Virus record (IMG/VR): IMGVR_UViG_3300027816_000056 | Strand: one strand, 5' to 3' | DNA from: a virus | DNA length: 64,000 nt | Part shown: positions 18,994-27,945 of the stretch, piece by piece | Numbering within the stretch: position 1 is the stretch's first letter | How the letters are laid out: each line of letters starts with the position of its first letter | The notes under the pieces: model-generated | Told to the model about the DNA's origin: nothing | What the model saw: only the letters and a program-made list of their open reading frames with translations | Databases searched by the model: none | Made by a program: the position numbers and the translations under genes

Positions 18994-20091
18994 CTATTTG
19001 ATGATTTTTTTCATGGTACCATCATCATAAATTTCAATATACATACCGGCCGGCAGATTTATATATGATTCTGATACTTCTTGTCCCGTTGAGTTTAATA
19101 GTCTAACAATCTTTTTGAGTTGTTGTTGATTGTTGATTGCAATCGGTCCGTAAAGATCATATTGACCATCTTTATCTACTTGAATGAGACGATAATAATT
19201 AATTGCATGTTCAAAGTCGTTATCAACAAACACATATGAAAGTAATTCCTGACTGTTACCTGCAGCAGGTTTCAAACCAATAACATCATTTTCTGTGAAT
19301 TCTCCGGTAATAGATCGTTCTACTATATAATAATCTGAATTATGTTCTGTTGCTGTTTTCCATGTAAGCACGTTGCCATCTTTTGTGTTGAAACCTTCAA
19401 ACGAAATCAATTCAACCGGCAGTGGTATCAACTCTATCAACTCTATGTTATCTAACCACCACTCCTCACCAGCAGAATTAATTCTGCAAAGAATGTCAAC
19501 TGCTACTTGTGTAATGCCGGCAGGAAGATTCAATGTGATAAATGTTGGCCCGGTAGTTGTTATGCCTGCAGGTGCTTGGTATACATCTCCCGTTGGAGCT
19601 GCTGAATTAGTGAATATGCCGTTTGCTGTATGTGTTACAACTCCAGTAGAAGTATATGGCCATTGTGCATTGCCGTTTCCAGTAATCCTTAGTTCAGATA
19701 CATAAGTTATTTCACCATCGGTGGATACTTGCACATCTACAAAATCTGCTACATCAACTCCTCTAGATGTTGCTGTTGAGTTTGAAAACGTATAAGATGC
19801 TAATCGAAATTTAAGTTGATATGACCTGGTAGGATTCAGTCCCGTTACGTTAGGTAGCACATACCAATCTTGTTCAACTGCAGATGTCCCAGTTCCCGAT
19901 CCGTATATTACTGCACTTTGTGTGGGACTAACTGAAGCATTTGTAAACCATCCGGCAGTCGCTGCTGGTGTCCACCAACCTGCAAAAATATACATTGGCC
20001 CTGAGGTTTCCATGTTATCAAAATCAATAACTGTTTGAGTGCGACCCAAACTGCTTATGATTAATGCTAAGAATAGTACTAGTTTATTCAT
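18994..20091 (-). CDS. secreted Bacteroidota-type protein with LPVEL Ig-like and T9SS-like C-terminal domain
   Basis: Signal MNKLVLFLALII; LPVELISFEG...LTWKTATEHNSDYYIVERS...YYRLIQVDKDG; GQEV...GMYIEIYDDGTMKK. Confidence 0.8.
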   Translation of the reverse strand: MNKLVLFLALIISSLGRTQTVIDFDNMETSGPMYIFAGWWTPAATAGWFTNASVSPTQSAVIYGSGTGTSAVEQDWYVLPNVTGLNPTRSYQLKFRLASYTFSNSTATSRGVDVADFVDVQVSTDGEITYVSELRITGNGNAQWPYTSTGVVTHTANGIFTNSAAPTGDVYQAPAGITTTGPTFITLNLPAGITQVAVDILCRINSAGEEWWLDNIELIELIPLPVELISFEGFNTKDGNVLTWKTATEHNSDYYIVERSITGEFTENDVIGLKPAAGNSQELLSYVFVDNDFEHAINYYRLIQVDKDGQYDLYGPIAINNQQQLKKIVRLLNSTGQEVSESYINLPAGMYIEIYDDGTMKKIIK

Positions 20092-20269
20092 ATGATTTGT
20101 GTTTGTGTTTTGTTTTTCGAGTATATGTCCGTTTGGATTGTTCTGTTCTGCTAACAAAACGGCCGTCAAAGAAACCTTGTTGTTTTTGTGAGTCTCGGGT
20201 AGCTCCTAGGTTAATCTTCAGAATCTGATTGTTCATAACGTGACATGGTTTGTTGAAATGCAATTTCAT
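20084..20269 (-). CDS. small basic protein
   Basis: QQGFFDGRF...YTRKTKHK; likely start MNNQ. Confidence 0.55.
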   Translation of the reverse strand: MKLHFNKPCHVMNNQILKINLGATRDSQKQQGFFDGRFVSRTEQSKRTYTRKTKHKHKSYE

Positions 20270-20420
20270 ATGCTTCAGCTAAATCATACGGATGATTGTG
20301 TTTGATCTGATCTACAGTTTCAAATACTTCTCGATGTATGCCATATGCATACGCTTCCATCATGATTTCTTCAATACGATCTGCCATTTCCATATTCCCA
20401 TTATAATAAAAAACAATCAA
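20211..20420 (-). CDS. hypothetical protein
   Basis: ORF with promoter-like TTGGTT-N17-TATAAT at 20400-20428; likely start MEMADR. Confidence 0.5.
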   Translation of the reverse strand: MIVFYYNGNMEMADRIEEIMMEAYAYGIHREVFETVDQIKHNHPYDLAEAYEIAFQQTMSRYEQSDSED

Positions 20421-20429
20421 ATAACCAAA

Positions 20430-21149
20430 TTACCATTTTCTACATGACCAATATCTTGCTTTCCATCTAGGTCCTGGAGTATCACAACGATGTCTAGCTC
20501 TGAATGAACGTCTACGTGCTGGATTGCTTTTACGTATTCTCATATTAGGGTCACCAAAGTTAACCTTTACAACGTTACCTTTGTCATTCTTAACGTAGAC
20601 TTTGAATTTCTTGACATCACCTCGCATTGGTTTGCCTAACTTAACACTACGTCCTTGGTATTCTGCTTCTGTCAGAACTCCCAATTTTCCTGCTTTGATA
20701 TCTTCTAACATTGCAACCGCACATTCGTTGCACACTGTCATTTCTTCCATAGATTCCTTTGTTTTATTTCCCCAATTCGCCGCGCCTACATTGCGACATT
20801 TTGATAATGCTAATGATCCGTAAGCAGATGGCCATACATCATATCTTGCTTTTACTTTGTGATAACATGCATCTCGTTTAGCTTTTTTCTTTTCATCAAT
20901 TACAGCTTCAGCTTTTGGAGTACGATCACCCATACCAACACGACGTTTTTGACGTACTAGAGCTTCTTTCTCTTTTTTGTCAAATGAACTCCAAGTTTTA
21001 GGAGTGTCTTTAGATACTTTACGTGAAGGTCGACATTTCTTAACACCTTTTGTTTCGGCACTACCACAAGGACGTCCATGTTGGTCTGTCCATTTTTCTT
21101 TTACCCAACGATGCAAGTCTTCTGATAATAATGTTTTCAATTTTGTCAC
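20430..21149 (-). CDS. basic modular protein, probable head-packaged polyprotein
   Basis: LKTLLSE leader; three basic Cys-containing modules separated by [LI]-x-E sites. Confidence 0.7.
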   Translation of the reverse strand: MTKLKTLLSEDLHRWVKEKWTDQHGRPCGSAETKGVKKCRPSRKVSKDTPKTWSSFDKKEKEALVRQKRRVGMGDRTPKAEAVIDEKKKAKRDACYHKVKARYDVWPSAYGSLALSKCRNVGAANWGNKTKESMEEMTVCNECAVAMLEDIKAGKLGVLTEAEYQGRSVKLGKPMRGDVKKFKVYVKNDKGNVVKVNFGDPNMRIRKSNPARRRSFRARHRCDTPGPRWKARYWSCRKW

Positions 21150-21895
21150 TACAACTCCTGCCGTATACCTAATTTAGGAAGGTATTGTCTCCATGTATTT
21201 ATTATTTGTTCTTTTTCTTGTGTAGACATAGTGCCATTAGTCACCCATTTACTTAAATAATTATCTACAACTTGTTTAAATGGCTGTTTTGATTTTTTAG
21301 CTTTGAAATAAAGACCTTGAATCATAGCCGGAGTTTCTTTTGGCAACGTAAAATATTTTGACGGAGGTAATGCCCCCATTTCTATTTTTTTACGTAGCGG
21401 CATATCCGATTTAATGTATTTACTTGATATAGTGTTCCAACCAGATTGTGTTACATGTTCAATTTCATGACGTAGTATATCACGTAATTCTGTTGCAACT
21501 TCATTTAAAACTTTTGGATAATCTGCTGGATCTAATTCAAACCGAACTTCTATTAACGGTAAGTCATCTGAGTCTCGCTTTGTTTCATTGTAAGCATCTC
21601 CACCATATCGAAAATCATTTAACCCTTTAATCCATTGAACTTTTAAAGTTAAATAAAATTCTAATGGAATAGTTACGTTCTCAACTTCTTCAAAATATAC
21701 TTCTGGAAAATTATTATCGTCAATGTTTGGCGCATCTGATGTAGATTCAAAATAAATACGTTTACCAGCAAATTCGCCTTTAGGATCTTGCACACAACTA
21801 ATGCTGTCTTTAACTACTGCTAATAGCTTACGTGATAACTCAGTTACCAAGCTATCATATCGTCCTTCTACTATAATTTTCTTGAGTGATATCAT
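21149..21895 (-). CDS. HExxH zinc-metallopeptidase-like protein with LKxIIxE leader
   Basis: LRHEIEHVTQ plus downstream E; MISLKKIIVEG. Confidence 0.65.
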   Translation of the reverse strand: MISLKKIIVEGRYDSLVTELSRKLLAVVKDSISCVQDPKGEFAGKRIYFESTSDAPNIDDNNFPEVYFEEVENVTIPLEFYLTLKVQWIKGLNDFRYGGDAYNETKRDSDDLPLIEVRFELDPADYPKVLNEVATELRDILRHEIEHVTQSGWNTISSKYIKSDMPLRKKIEMGALPPSKYFTLPKETPAMIQGLYFKAKKSKQPFKQVVDNYLSKWVTNGTMSTQEKEQIINTWRQYLPKLGIRQEL

Positions 21896-21907
21896 TTTAA
21901 ATAAATA

Positions 21908-22459
21908 TCAACCTAGTTGGTTATAGTTCCAAAAATGTTCTTTGTCTTTGTTGAAAGGATTGCCGGATTGTTGATAGTAACAATTCAAGCAAAGCATTTG
22001 CAAATTTTCTATGCGATGATTGGTTTCATCTCCATCCATATGATCTAATAGTAATGGTACCGTATCATCTGTAACTCTGCGTTCTGCATATCCACAACAT
22101 GCACACGCTTCTGGCATTATGTTCAAGGCCAATATGCGATTACGTAGCTTCCATGTAGGATAGTTTGGATATTCTCCGGAAAGTATTTTGTCTATTGCAT
22201 ATGGCCCTGATGTTGCTTTTGCAGTATCTTTTGGAATACCTACCCCGGCCTGATTGGTATGCAAATCATACAATGTTTTCCCGGTTTCGGAATCAACATA
22301 CATCTTAGCATATTTCTTCCAGGTATCAAAAGATATTTTTAAGAAGCGTGCTGCTTCGGCATTTGATTTAGTATTTGCAATTGCATATCGTATATCCGAC
22401 TCGGGAAGATTAAAAGATTCCCTGCCTCGACCATACACATATTTGTATTGCATTGACAT
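21908..22459 (-). CDS. HNH endonuclease with N-terminal HTH-like region
   Basis: CACC...LDHMDGDETNHRIENLQMLCLNC. Confidence 0.75.
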   Translation of the reverse strand: MSMQYKYVYGRGRESFNLPESDIRYAIANTKSNAEAARFLKISFDTWKKYAKMYVDSETGKTLYDLHTNQAGVGIPKDTAKATSGPYAIDKILSGEYPNYPTWKLRNRILALNIMPEACACCGYAERRVTDDTVPLLLDHMDGDETNHRIENLQMLCLNCYYQQSGNPFNKDKEHFWNYNQLG

Positions 22460-22460
22460 A

Positions 22461-22847
22461 TCAATATACTCCTTTTTTGCGAAGTTCCATTACTGCGTGA
22501 CGCGGCATTACTTTGTTTTCCCACATGGCTCGCATCTCTGGTTTTAATTTGCTGGTAAAGTCTATGAATGTTTGAGGATAAACACCGCTTTTGCGTTTAA
22601 CTTCATCATACCAAGTTGAATAACATGAATACTCTTCATCAAAACGATCAGCATCCGTACGATTCTCCCAATATTCAATTTGATCTTTTAATGGCCACAA
22701 TTCTAATGGAACATTAGGATCCTTTCTACGTCCAGGAAGTTTCGGATGTTGCTTGGCTTTATTGTTGTTTTTTGTGATGAATTTGTCCATTAAATTAACG
22801 GAACGATCCTTTGCTGATTCACCGGTGTATACTGATCTTTTACCCAT
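22461..22847 (-). CDS. hypothetical protein
   Basis: 128-aa ORF in operon. Confidence 0.6.
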   Translation of the reverse strand: MGKRSVYTGESAKDRSVNLMDKFITKNNNKAKQHPKLPGRRKDPNVPLELWPLKDQIEYWENRTDADRFDEEYSCYSTWYDEVKRKSGVYPQTFIDFTSKLKPEMRAMWENKVMPRHAVMELRKKGVY

Positions 22848-22850
22848 AAC

Positions 22851-23024
22851 TTATTTTGTTTTTTCTGCTAATATAACTAATTTTCTCCAAGCATCCTCTG
22901 CTTGATATACATATTTTTTAAATTTAACTACATCCCGATCGATTCGTGCAGCTTCTGCTCGTTTTAGATTTCTATGATATTTTGCATGTAGAAATCCAAT
23001 TCGTATTTTTCTTATCCAATTCAT
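22851..23024 (-). CDS. small basic hypothetical protein (57 aa, not in ORF track)
   Basis: Hand translation MNWIRKIRIGFLHAKYHRNLKRAEAARIDRDVVKFKKYVYQAEDAWRKLVILAEKTK; ATGA overlap with clpS stop. Confidence 0.6.
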   Translation of the reverse strand: MNWIRKIRIGFLHAKYHRNLKRAEAARIDRDVVKFKKYVYQAEDAWRKLVILAEKTK

Positions 23025-23287
23025 AATGATTTATACTTTGTAACAATTGCATTTAGTCCATCTTCAACTAATTCACTGCATATGTCCGTGCATAGATCGT
23101 AATCATCTACAAACACAGAACATTGTTTAACATTGTGTGTAATTAAAGCAGATTGTATGGCTTGAAAATAATTATGTCCACAGATTTCAATCAAACATTC
23201 AATAACATGATCAAATGTGTTTACGTTGTCATCAATCAATACTACTTGATATTGACCCCTTTTCTTCGTTGATTTTTTCTTTGACAT
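23021..23287 (-). CDS. clpS: ATP-dependent Clp protease adaptor ClpS
   Basis: YQVVLIDDNVNTFDHVIECLIEIC...QSALITH, Bacteroidota-like ClpS pattern. Confidence 0.8.
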   Translation of the reverse strand: MSKKKSTKKRGQYQVVLIDDNVNTFDHVIECLIEICGHNYFQAIQSALITHNVKQCSVFVDDYDLCTDICSELVEDGLNAIVTKYKSL

Positions 23288-23462
23288 CTCTGATGATTGC
23301 GGCTTGTTCCCAAAACTCATTTTCTTTTGCATAATTTAGTGAATCAGTTAGAAAACGTATTTTTCTATCAATATCCCAACGTTCTGGCCATTGCCATTTG
23401 TTGGTGGCCATTATGTTAATGGATTTGACAAATACGTTATCTATAAAATTCTTTGTTTCCAT
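23232..23462 (-). CDS. small protein with UVR (UvrB/C)-like motif
   Basis: AKENEFWEQAAIIRD resembles A-x-x-x-E-x-Y/F-E-x-A-A-x-x-R-D. Confidence 0.55.
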   Translation of the reverse strand: METKNFIDNVFVKSINIMATNKWQWPERWDIDRKIRFLTDSLNYAKENEFWEQAAIIRDVKEKINEEKGSISSSID

Positions 23463-23468
23463 ATTACA

Positions 23469-23497
23469 ATAATATGTAAATTCATTAACTTATCCAA
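23469..23497 (-). promoter_or_regulatory. class A promoter
   Basis: TTGGAT-N17-TATTAT. Confidence 0.55.
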
Positions 23498-23498
23498 G

Positions 23499-24404
23499 TT
23501 ATATTTTTATTTTTTGACCATCACGAATCTTGTCTGGATCTAATCCCGGATTCTTTTTTTGTATAGCAGATATAGTTGTTTTATATTTATTTGCAATCTG
23601 CGTTAATGTATCTCCGGGTTGTACTACGTAGTATGCTTCATTTTCTGTAGTTACAACATCATTTCGTACGTATCCAATTTCTCCAGTAGACAATTTTATT
23701 TGGTACCATGTTTTTGCGTCTTCCCCAGTTACAACTGATTTTACTACGCCAACTGGATTTGGATATTTAATAGTTGTTAGTAAATTATCAAATATTCCGG
23801 CATCTACTACTGCTTCTTCACGTACATTAACATATCCATTTTTCTTTAGTGCATACACTGTTTTACCGATAGCATCTTTAAGATCACTTGTAGATTTTTT
23901 TGTTGATTTGGTTAATGCAGTAAATACATTATGTGCTGCAATTCTTCTTGTAGGTAAACTATCAGTTAATTCTCCAGCTCCGGGTCGTTCACTAAATTTA
24001 GCAAATCCTTCAGCTCTGTCTTGTACGGTTTTTCCGTGACGCATAGCTTTAGAAAATTGATTAGCTTCATATGAATATTCGCCATTATATGCATCTAATA
24101 ATTCGTATTTAATAAAATCTAGTTGCAAATTAAAATCCGACCACGGACGACTTTTTTGTTTTGCAAATTTAAGAAGAGCTTTTTTTCTGTCACCTAACCA
24201 TTGCAACAATCCAATTGCTCCGATACTATTTTCAGCTGAAGGATTAAATGTAGACTCTGCCCACATATTTCCTACAATAGCTGCAGCTTGCTCTTTTGTG
24301 AATCCACGACTTTCAAGTTGTTTTGCTATTGATAATCCTTTATCCAGCCATTGACCTTTCAATGGACCATTTCCCTCATTTAACAATGATTTTAAACGTA
24401 TCAT
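23499..24404 (-). CDS. phage tail-type lysozyme with SH3-like and LysM domains
   Basis: AAAIVGNMWAES...GLLQW...Q.DFI.YEL...ERP; WYQI...GYV; YVVQPGDTLTQIA...NPGLDPDKIRDGQKIKI. Confidence 0.88.
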   Translation of the reverse strand: MIRLKSLLNEGNGPLKGQWLDKGLSIAKQLESRGFTKEQAAAIVGNMWAESTFNPSAENSIGAIGLLQWLGDRKKALLKFAKQKSRPWSDFNLQLDFIKYELLDAYNGEYSYEANQFSKAMRHGKTVQDRAEGFAKFSERPGAGELTDSLPTRRIAAHNVFTALTKSTKKSTSDLKDAIGKTVYALKKNGYVNVREEAVVDAGIFDNLLTTIKYPNPVGVVKSVVTGEDAKTWYQIKLSTGEIGYVRNDVVTTENEAYYVVQPGDTLTQIANKYKTTISAIQKKNPGLDPDKIRDGQKIKI

Positions 24405-24427
24405 GTATATTTTCTTTTAAATAAATA

Positions 24428-25090
24428 TCACAACGTTGGAATCAATTTATAAGATTTTTGACCAAATAACAACATGGATCTGAAATCAGCTTGTTGAAAT
24501 GCATCTAAAGATCCTTTTGATAATCGATTGAATCTTTTAATAACTGATATTATTTCATTCCAATCTGTATTGCGCAATACGTTTTCTACATAATCCACAT
24601 CGATAAGCATATCTTGCACATTGTTATAATCCCATTCAATATGAACTACTGGCTGTACCCTATCTTCAGTTAAATAATCAATACATAAATCTAAACCACA
24701 TTTAAAACTAGTACTTAATATACGTAATAGTTCCGGACGTTGTTTTGCGTATTGTTTTACTTGGTTAGCTGCATCTCCGGATAAAGGATATCTAAAAACA
24801 AACTGACTATGATCTAGAATTAATTCAGATGATTCATTTTGTGTTAACCATGGCTGAATAATTGCATGAGCGCCTTTTGCAGCATCTCCATCTTTATACC
24901 ATGTAGTATCATGTTCTAATATGATATCATTATGTGCGTAATATGCTTGTTCAATTTCATTTAAATCAAAACCTTCGTGGTCAACATGACACGTACTATT
25001 TAGTAATACATGCTCTGCTATATCAGTTGGTAACGGTTTTGAAATTTGAATGTTTGCATAACTTGGTTTAAATACGTTATAACTTAACAT
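24428..25090 (-). CDS. conserved phage hypothetical protein
   Basis: 220-aa ORF coupled to upstream gene. Confidence 0.65.
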   Translation of the reverse strand: MLSYNVFKPSYANIQISKPLPTDIAEHVLLNSTCHVDHEGFDLNEIEQAYYAHNDIILEHDTTWYKDGDAAKGAHAIIQPWLTQNESSELILDHSQFVFRYPLSGDAANQVKQYAKQRPELLRILSTSFKCGLDLCIDYLTEDRVQPVVHIEWDYNNVQDMLIDVDYVENVLRNTDWNEIISVIKRFNRLSKGSLDAFQQADFRSMLLFGQKSYKLIPTL

Positions 25091-25488
25091 TACATCATGT
25101 TTTTTATAATATTTGCAAAATTGGTTTTTGAATTATTAAAGTCAGAATCTGAATCATCAAACAATTTAGTTTCATATGAATTTTTGTTGCGTGTTATTAA
25201 ACAAACCGTAGCATCAAATTGCTCCAATCCATTTAACAGATACACAATTCCAAAGTATGCATACTTATCACATACTTTAGCAACAAATTCTGCTTTAGAA
25301 AATATTAGTTTCAATGTACCTAAATCTTCAATAGGTGCACAAAATACATGTTCTTTATTTTTTAGGCCTAAATATGAAAATTTGGGAGATGTTTTCATTT
25401 GTTTTGAAAACTCTTGAAAAAATGGTTTTGCCAATTGTTTAGGATCAACAACGTCCCCTTCGGATAATATTTGTTTTAGATTTATCAT
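25090..25488 (-). CDS. hypothetical protein with LKxILxE leader
   Basis: MINLKQILSEG. Confidence 0.6.
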   Translation of the reverse strand: MINLKQILSEGDVVDPKQLAKPFFQEFSKQMKTSPKFSYLGLKNKEHVFCAPIEDLGTLKLIFSKAEFVAKVCDKYAYFGIVYLLNGLEQFDATVCLITRNKNSYETKLFDDSDSDFNNSKTNFANIIKNMM

Positions 25489-25904
25489 TTTGTTAGATCC
25501 TTGTCGTCAAGTGCTCCTCCAGTTACCCAAGCAGTGCAACTACGAGTACCGGCACATTTAAAATGTAAAAAATTGCAATAACCTAAATCAGCCTTTTCTA
25601 TAGTAGCCATAGCATCAATATTTTTTTCGTCACCCTCAATACCTTTAGCCATACACTTCCACATCTTGTCTGAAACATCAAAAGCTGCACAGTTACCACA
25701 TTTCATTGTTTTTGCTGTAGCTTCATCTATTTTCCAACGTTTAGCAGCATCTTTCCAATATGTACCTGGTTTATCTGGATTTGCTGGTCCATAATAATAT
25801 TCATCAATTGCATGTTGTCTATTTTTTAGATTAACATGTATATCTTGTGTTGCAACAGGACATCCGGTTTTAGCTTCAATTAAAAGATGTTTAAGTTTTT
25901 CCAT
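25485..25904 (-). CDS. Cys-rich putative metal-binding protein with LKxLLxE leader
   Basis: MEKLKHLLIEA; CGNC...GYC...C...CTAW. Confidence 0.7.
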   Translation of the reverse strand: MEKLKHLLIEAKTGCPVATQDIHVNLKNRQHAIDEYYYGPANPDKPGTYWKDAAKRWKIDEATAKTMKCGNCAAFDVSDKMWKCMAKGIEGDEKNIDAMATIEKADLGYCNFLHFKCAGTRSCTAWVTGGALDDKDLTK

Positions 25905-26377
25905 TACTTCTTATGTTTAAAATATTGAACTTGTCGCTCTCTGTTTTCAGCTCCGGAACGAGTATCATATGTTCCTAAGTTTCGTCCTGAATGACTATAC
26001 AATCGATAACCATCTTTTACTTTGCGTATGATTTCTCGAATAAAATTTTTCATTTTGTCTGGACTATCCAATGTTACGGGAACAAATGCTGGTTGTGAAT
26101 TATATGCATCATTGCCACCATATAATGCTGAAGAACGTGTTTGCATTTGATTCATAATGAATGCCCCAACTTCTTCTACATCATCTTTGGATGTTGCAAT
26201 ATGATCTACTGCCCAACCATGCCCTGCGGATAGCATTCGATCTACTTGCTGCGGATCCATTTGAAGCATAGCATCAACAGATTTTTTAATGGTTTTAAGA
26301 TTCTCAAAAAACATGTAGTTACGAGTTTCGCTATGATCCATGTTTGAATTGCATCCGCATTCGTTCAATGATTTCAT
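25904..26377 (-). CDS. modular hypothetical protein
   Basis: Start MKSLNEC just after ATATTTAT motif; C-terminal GRNLGTY...RERQVQYFKH module. Confidence 0.65.
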   Translation of the reverse strand: MKSLNECGCNSNMDHSETRNYMFFENLKTIKKSVDAMLQMDPQQVDRMLSAGHGWAVDHIATSKDDVEEVGAFIMNQMQTRSSALYGGNDAYNSQPAFVPVTLDSPDKMKNFIREIIRKVKDGYRLYSHSGRNLGTYDTRSGAENRERQVQYFKHKK

Positions 26378-26399
26378 TGTATCCTTTAATATAAATATA

Positions 26400-26597
26400 T
26401 TATCGTTTAGTATCGTTTCGTTTCTTATATATTGGCCAATTACGTGTTTTTTCATTCAACCATTCAGCTCGATCATCACATCCACAATCTTCATCTAGTA
26501 TCTGTGCGATGCGTTTTGCAAGTTGATCTAAACCCGTTGCAGCAGTTATTTTTTTGATGTCGTCACCTAAACCTTTACTTTGCATATATTGATCCAT
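26400..26597 (-). CDS. small conserved phage protein
   Basis: SKGLGDDIKKIT...DCGCDDRAEWLN pattern. Confidence 0.65.
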   Translation of the reverse strand: MDQYMQSKGLGDDIKKITAATGLDQLAKRIAQILDEDCGCDDRAEWLNEKTRNWPIYKKRNDTKR

Positions 26598-27930
26598 TGT
26601 TCATTCTATTTTTCAATTGCATAATCATGGTCTGCCATTGAGCTGTATGTGGTATTTCAAACACATTACGTCCTGGAAACTGATAATCGTGTTCTGGAGC
26701 CATCATGAGCATATGGCCTGTATCATCAATTCCCATTACCGGATGTGCTACTTGTTTCATTGTTATACAACCATCTGTTGTTGAAATCATTGTGCATCGT
26801 CCTGGGTGTTTCCATTGTCCCATTGGATCTGTTACTGCATCTGTTTTGCGTATGATTTCAGCCCAACCAGCTTCATCTAGTATTTTTTGTTTGTTTACAT
26901 GTGCTGCTAATGCTTCTACAACTTCTTTTTCGTGTTTCTTTTGAAATGAAGAAGGCAAAATGTATTTATCCATTTTCAAAGCTTTTGCTAACAATGCAAC
27001 AAGACTCCCACCAGGTGTAACAGCCATTGTAGTTAGACCTAACAACTTGACTACATCTTTCATTTGATTGCGAACAAACAACCATTCTTCCGAATTTAAT
27101 TTTTCTCCATTAATGTGTTGAAGTAGCATTTTCAAAGCTTGTTTAGTCTCTGCAGACTCTGTACGCATTGCTGATGCAAACTGTTTTATTTTATCTTTGG
27201 TTTTATGTATGATTGATGAGTCATCGGCTTCATTTACAACATGTTCTACAGACAATTGGCCAATTGTTACTTTTTGTTCCAATCGATTTAAACGTTCTAA
27301 ATAACCTTTATTACGAAGATGTTTGTATGCCATGTTTTCTACTGAATATTCTCCTTCGGCTTCTAGACCCGTTTGTCGCAAATGACGAAGTCGTTGTTTG
27401 ATATGTTCAATTCGCTGTTGTATGTTCGGATCTGATTCTTTCAATGAATCAATCTCATATTCATATGGCTCTGCCTTTTGTTGTATAGCTTCATCATCAA
27501 TTGAAACTGTATCAGCACTTGGTTTATGCAACCATTTACCTCGCATCACTGAATATACTCCTACGGTTGAATGTAAATTTTCATTGGAATCCTGTGCATA
27601 CAATTCAATGTTCATGCCTTTGTATGTTAAAGGATGCGTCATGTTCCATATGCTTTTTTTGGCGTGCATATAATTTTTAACTAGATGCAGATTATCACCA
27701 GCTTTAAGATAATCAACCACAACATGTAAATCTATGTCACTATGTTCCGTCCAATTGTAATTAGCACTACTACCTATAATGATAACATCTTTAATATCAC
27801 ATTTGGTTTCTAGGAAATCATGAAATGCTTTTGCGATTTTCATAAAGCCGACACGAAGCTTGGGACGAAGTTTATCGCCTATCCAAAGTTTTGGATTGAG
27901 AGTGCTTTGTGTTTGATATTCTTGTAGCAT
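26575..27930 (-). CDS. Pol-beta-superfamily nucleotidyltransferase fused to LETM1-like and C-terminal domains
   Basis: IIIGSSANYNW...SDIDLH...ELY catalytic motifs; QMKDVVKLL...PGGS...ILPSSF segment. Confidence 0.75.
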   Translation of the reverse strand: MLQEYQTQSTLNPKLWIGDKLRPKLRVGFMKIAKAFHDFLETKCDIKDVIIIGSSANYNWTEHSDIDLHVVVDYLKAGDNLHLVKNYMHAKKSIWNMTHPLTYKGMNIELYAQDSNENLHSTVGVYSVMRGKWLHKPSADTVSIDDEAIQQKAEPYEYEIDSLKESDPNIQQRIEHIKQRLRHLRQTGLEAEGEYSVENMAYKHLRNKGYLERLNRLEQKVTIGQLSVEHVVNEADDSSIIHKTKDKIKQFASAMRTESAETKQALKMLLQHINGEKLNSEEWLFVRNQMKDVVKLLGLTTMAVTPGGSLVALLAKALKMDKYILPSSFQKKHEKEVVEALAAHVNKQKILDEAGWAEIIRKTDAVTDPMGQWKHPGRCTMISTTDGCITMKQVAHPVMGIDDTGHMLMMAPEHDYQFPGRNVFEIPHTAQWQTMIMQLKNRMNNGSIYAK

Positions 27931-27945
27931 TTATAATAAATATTG

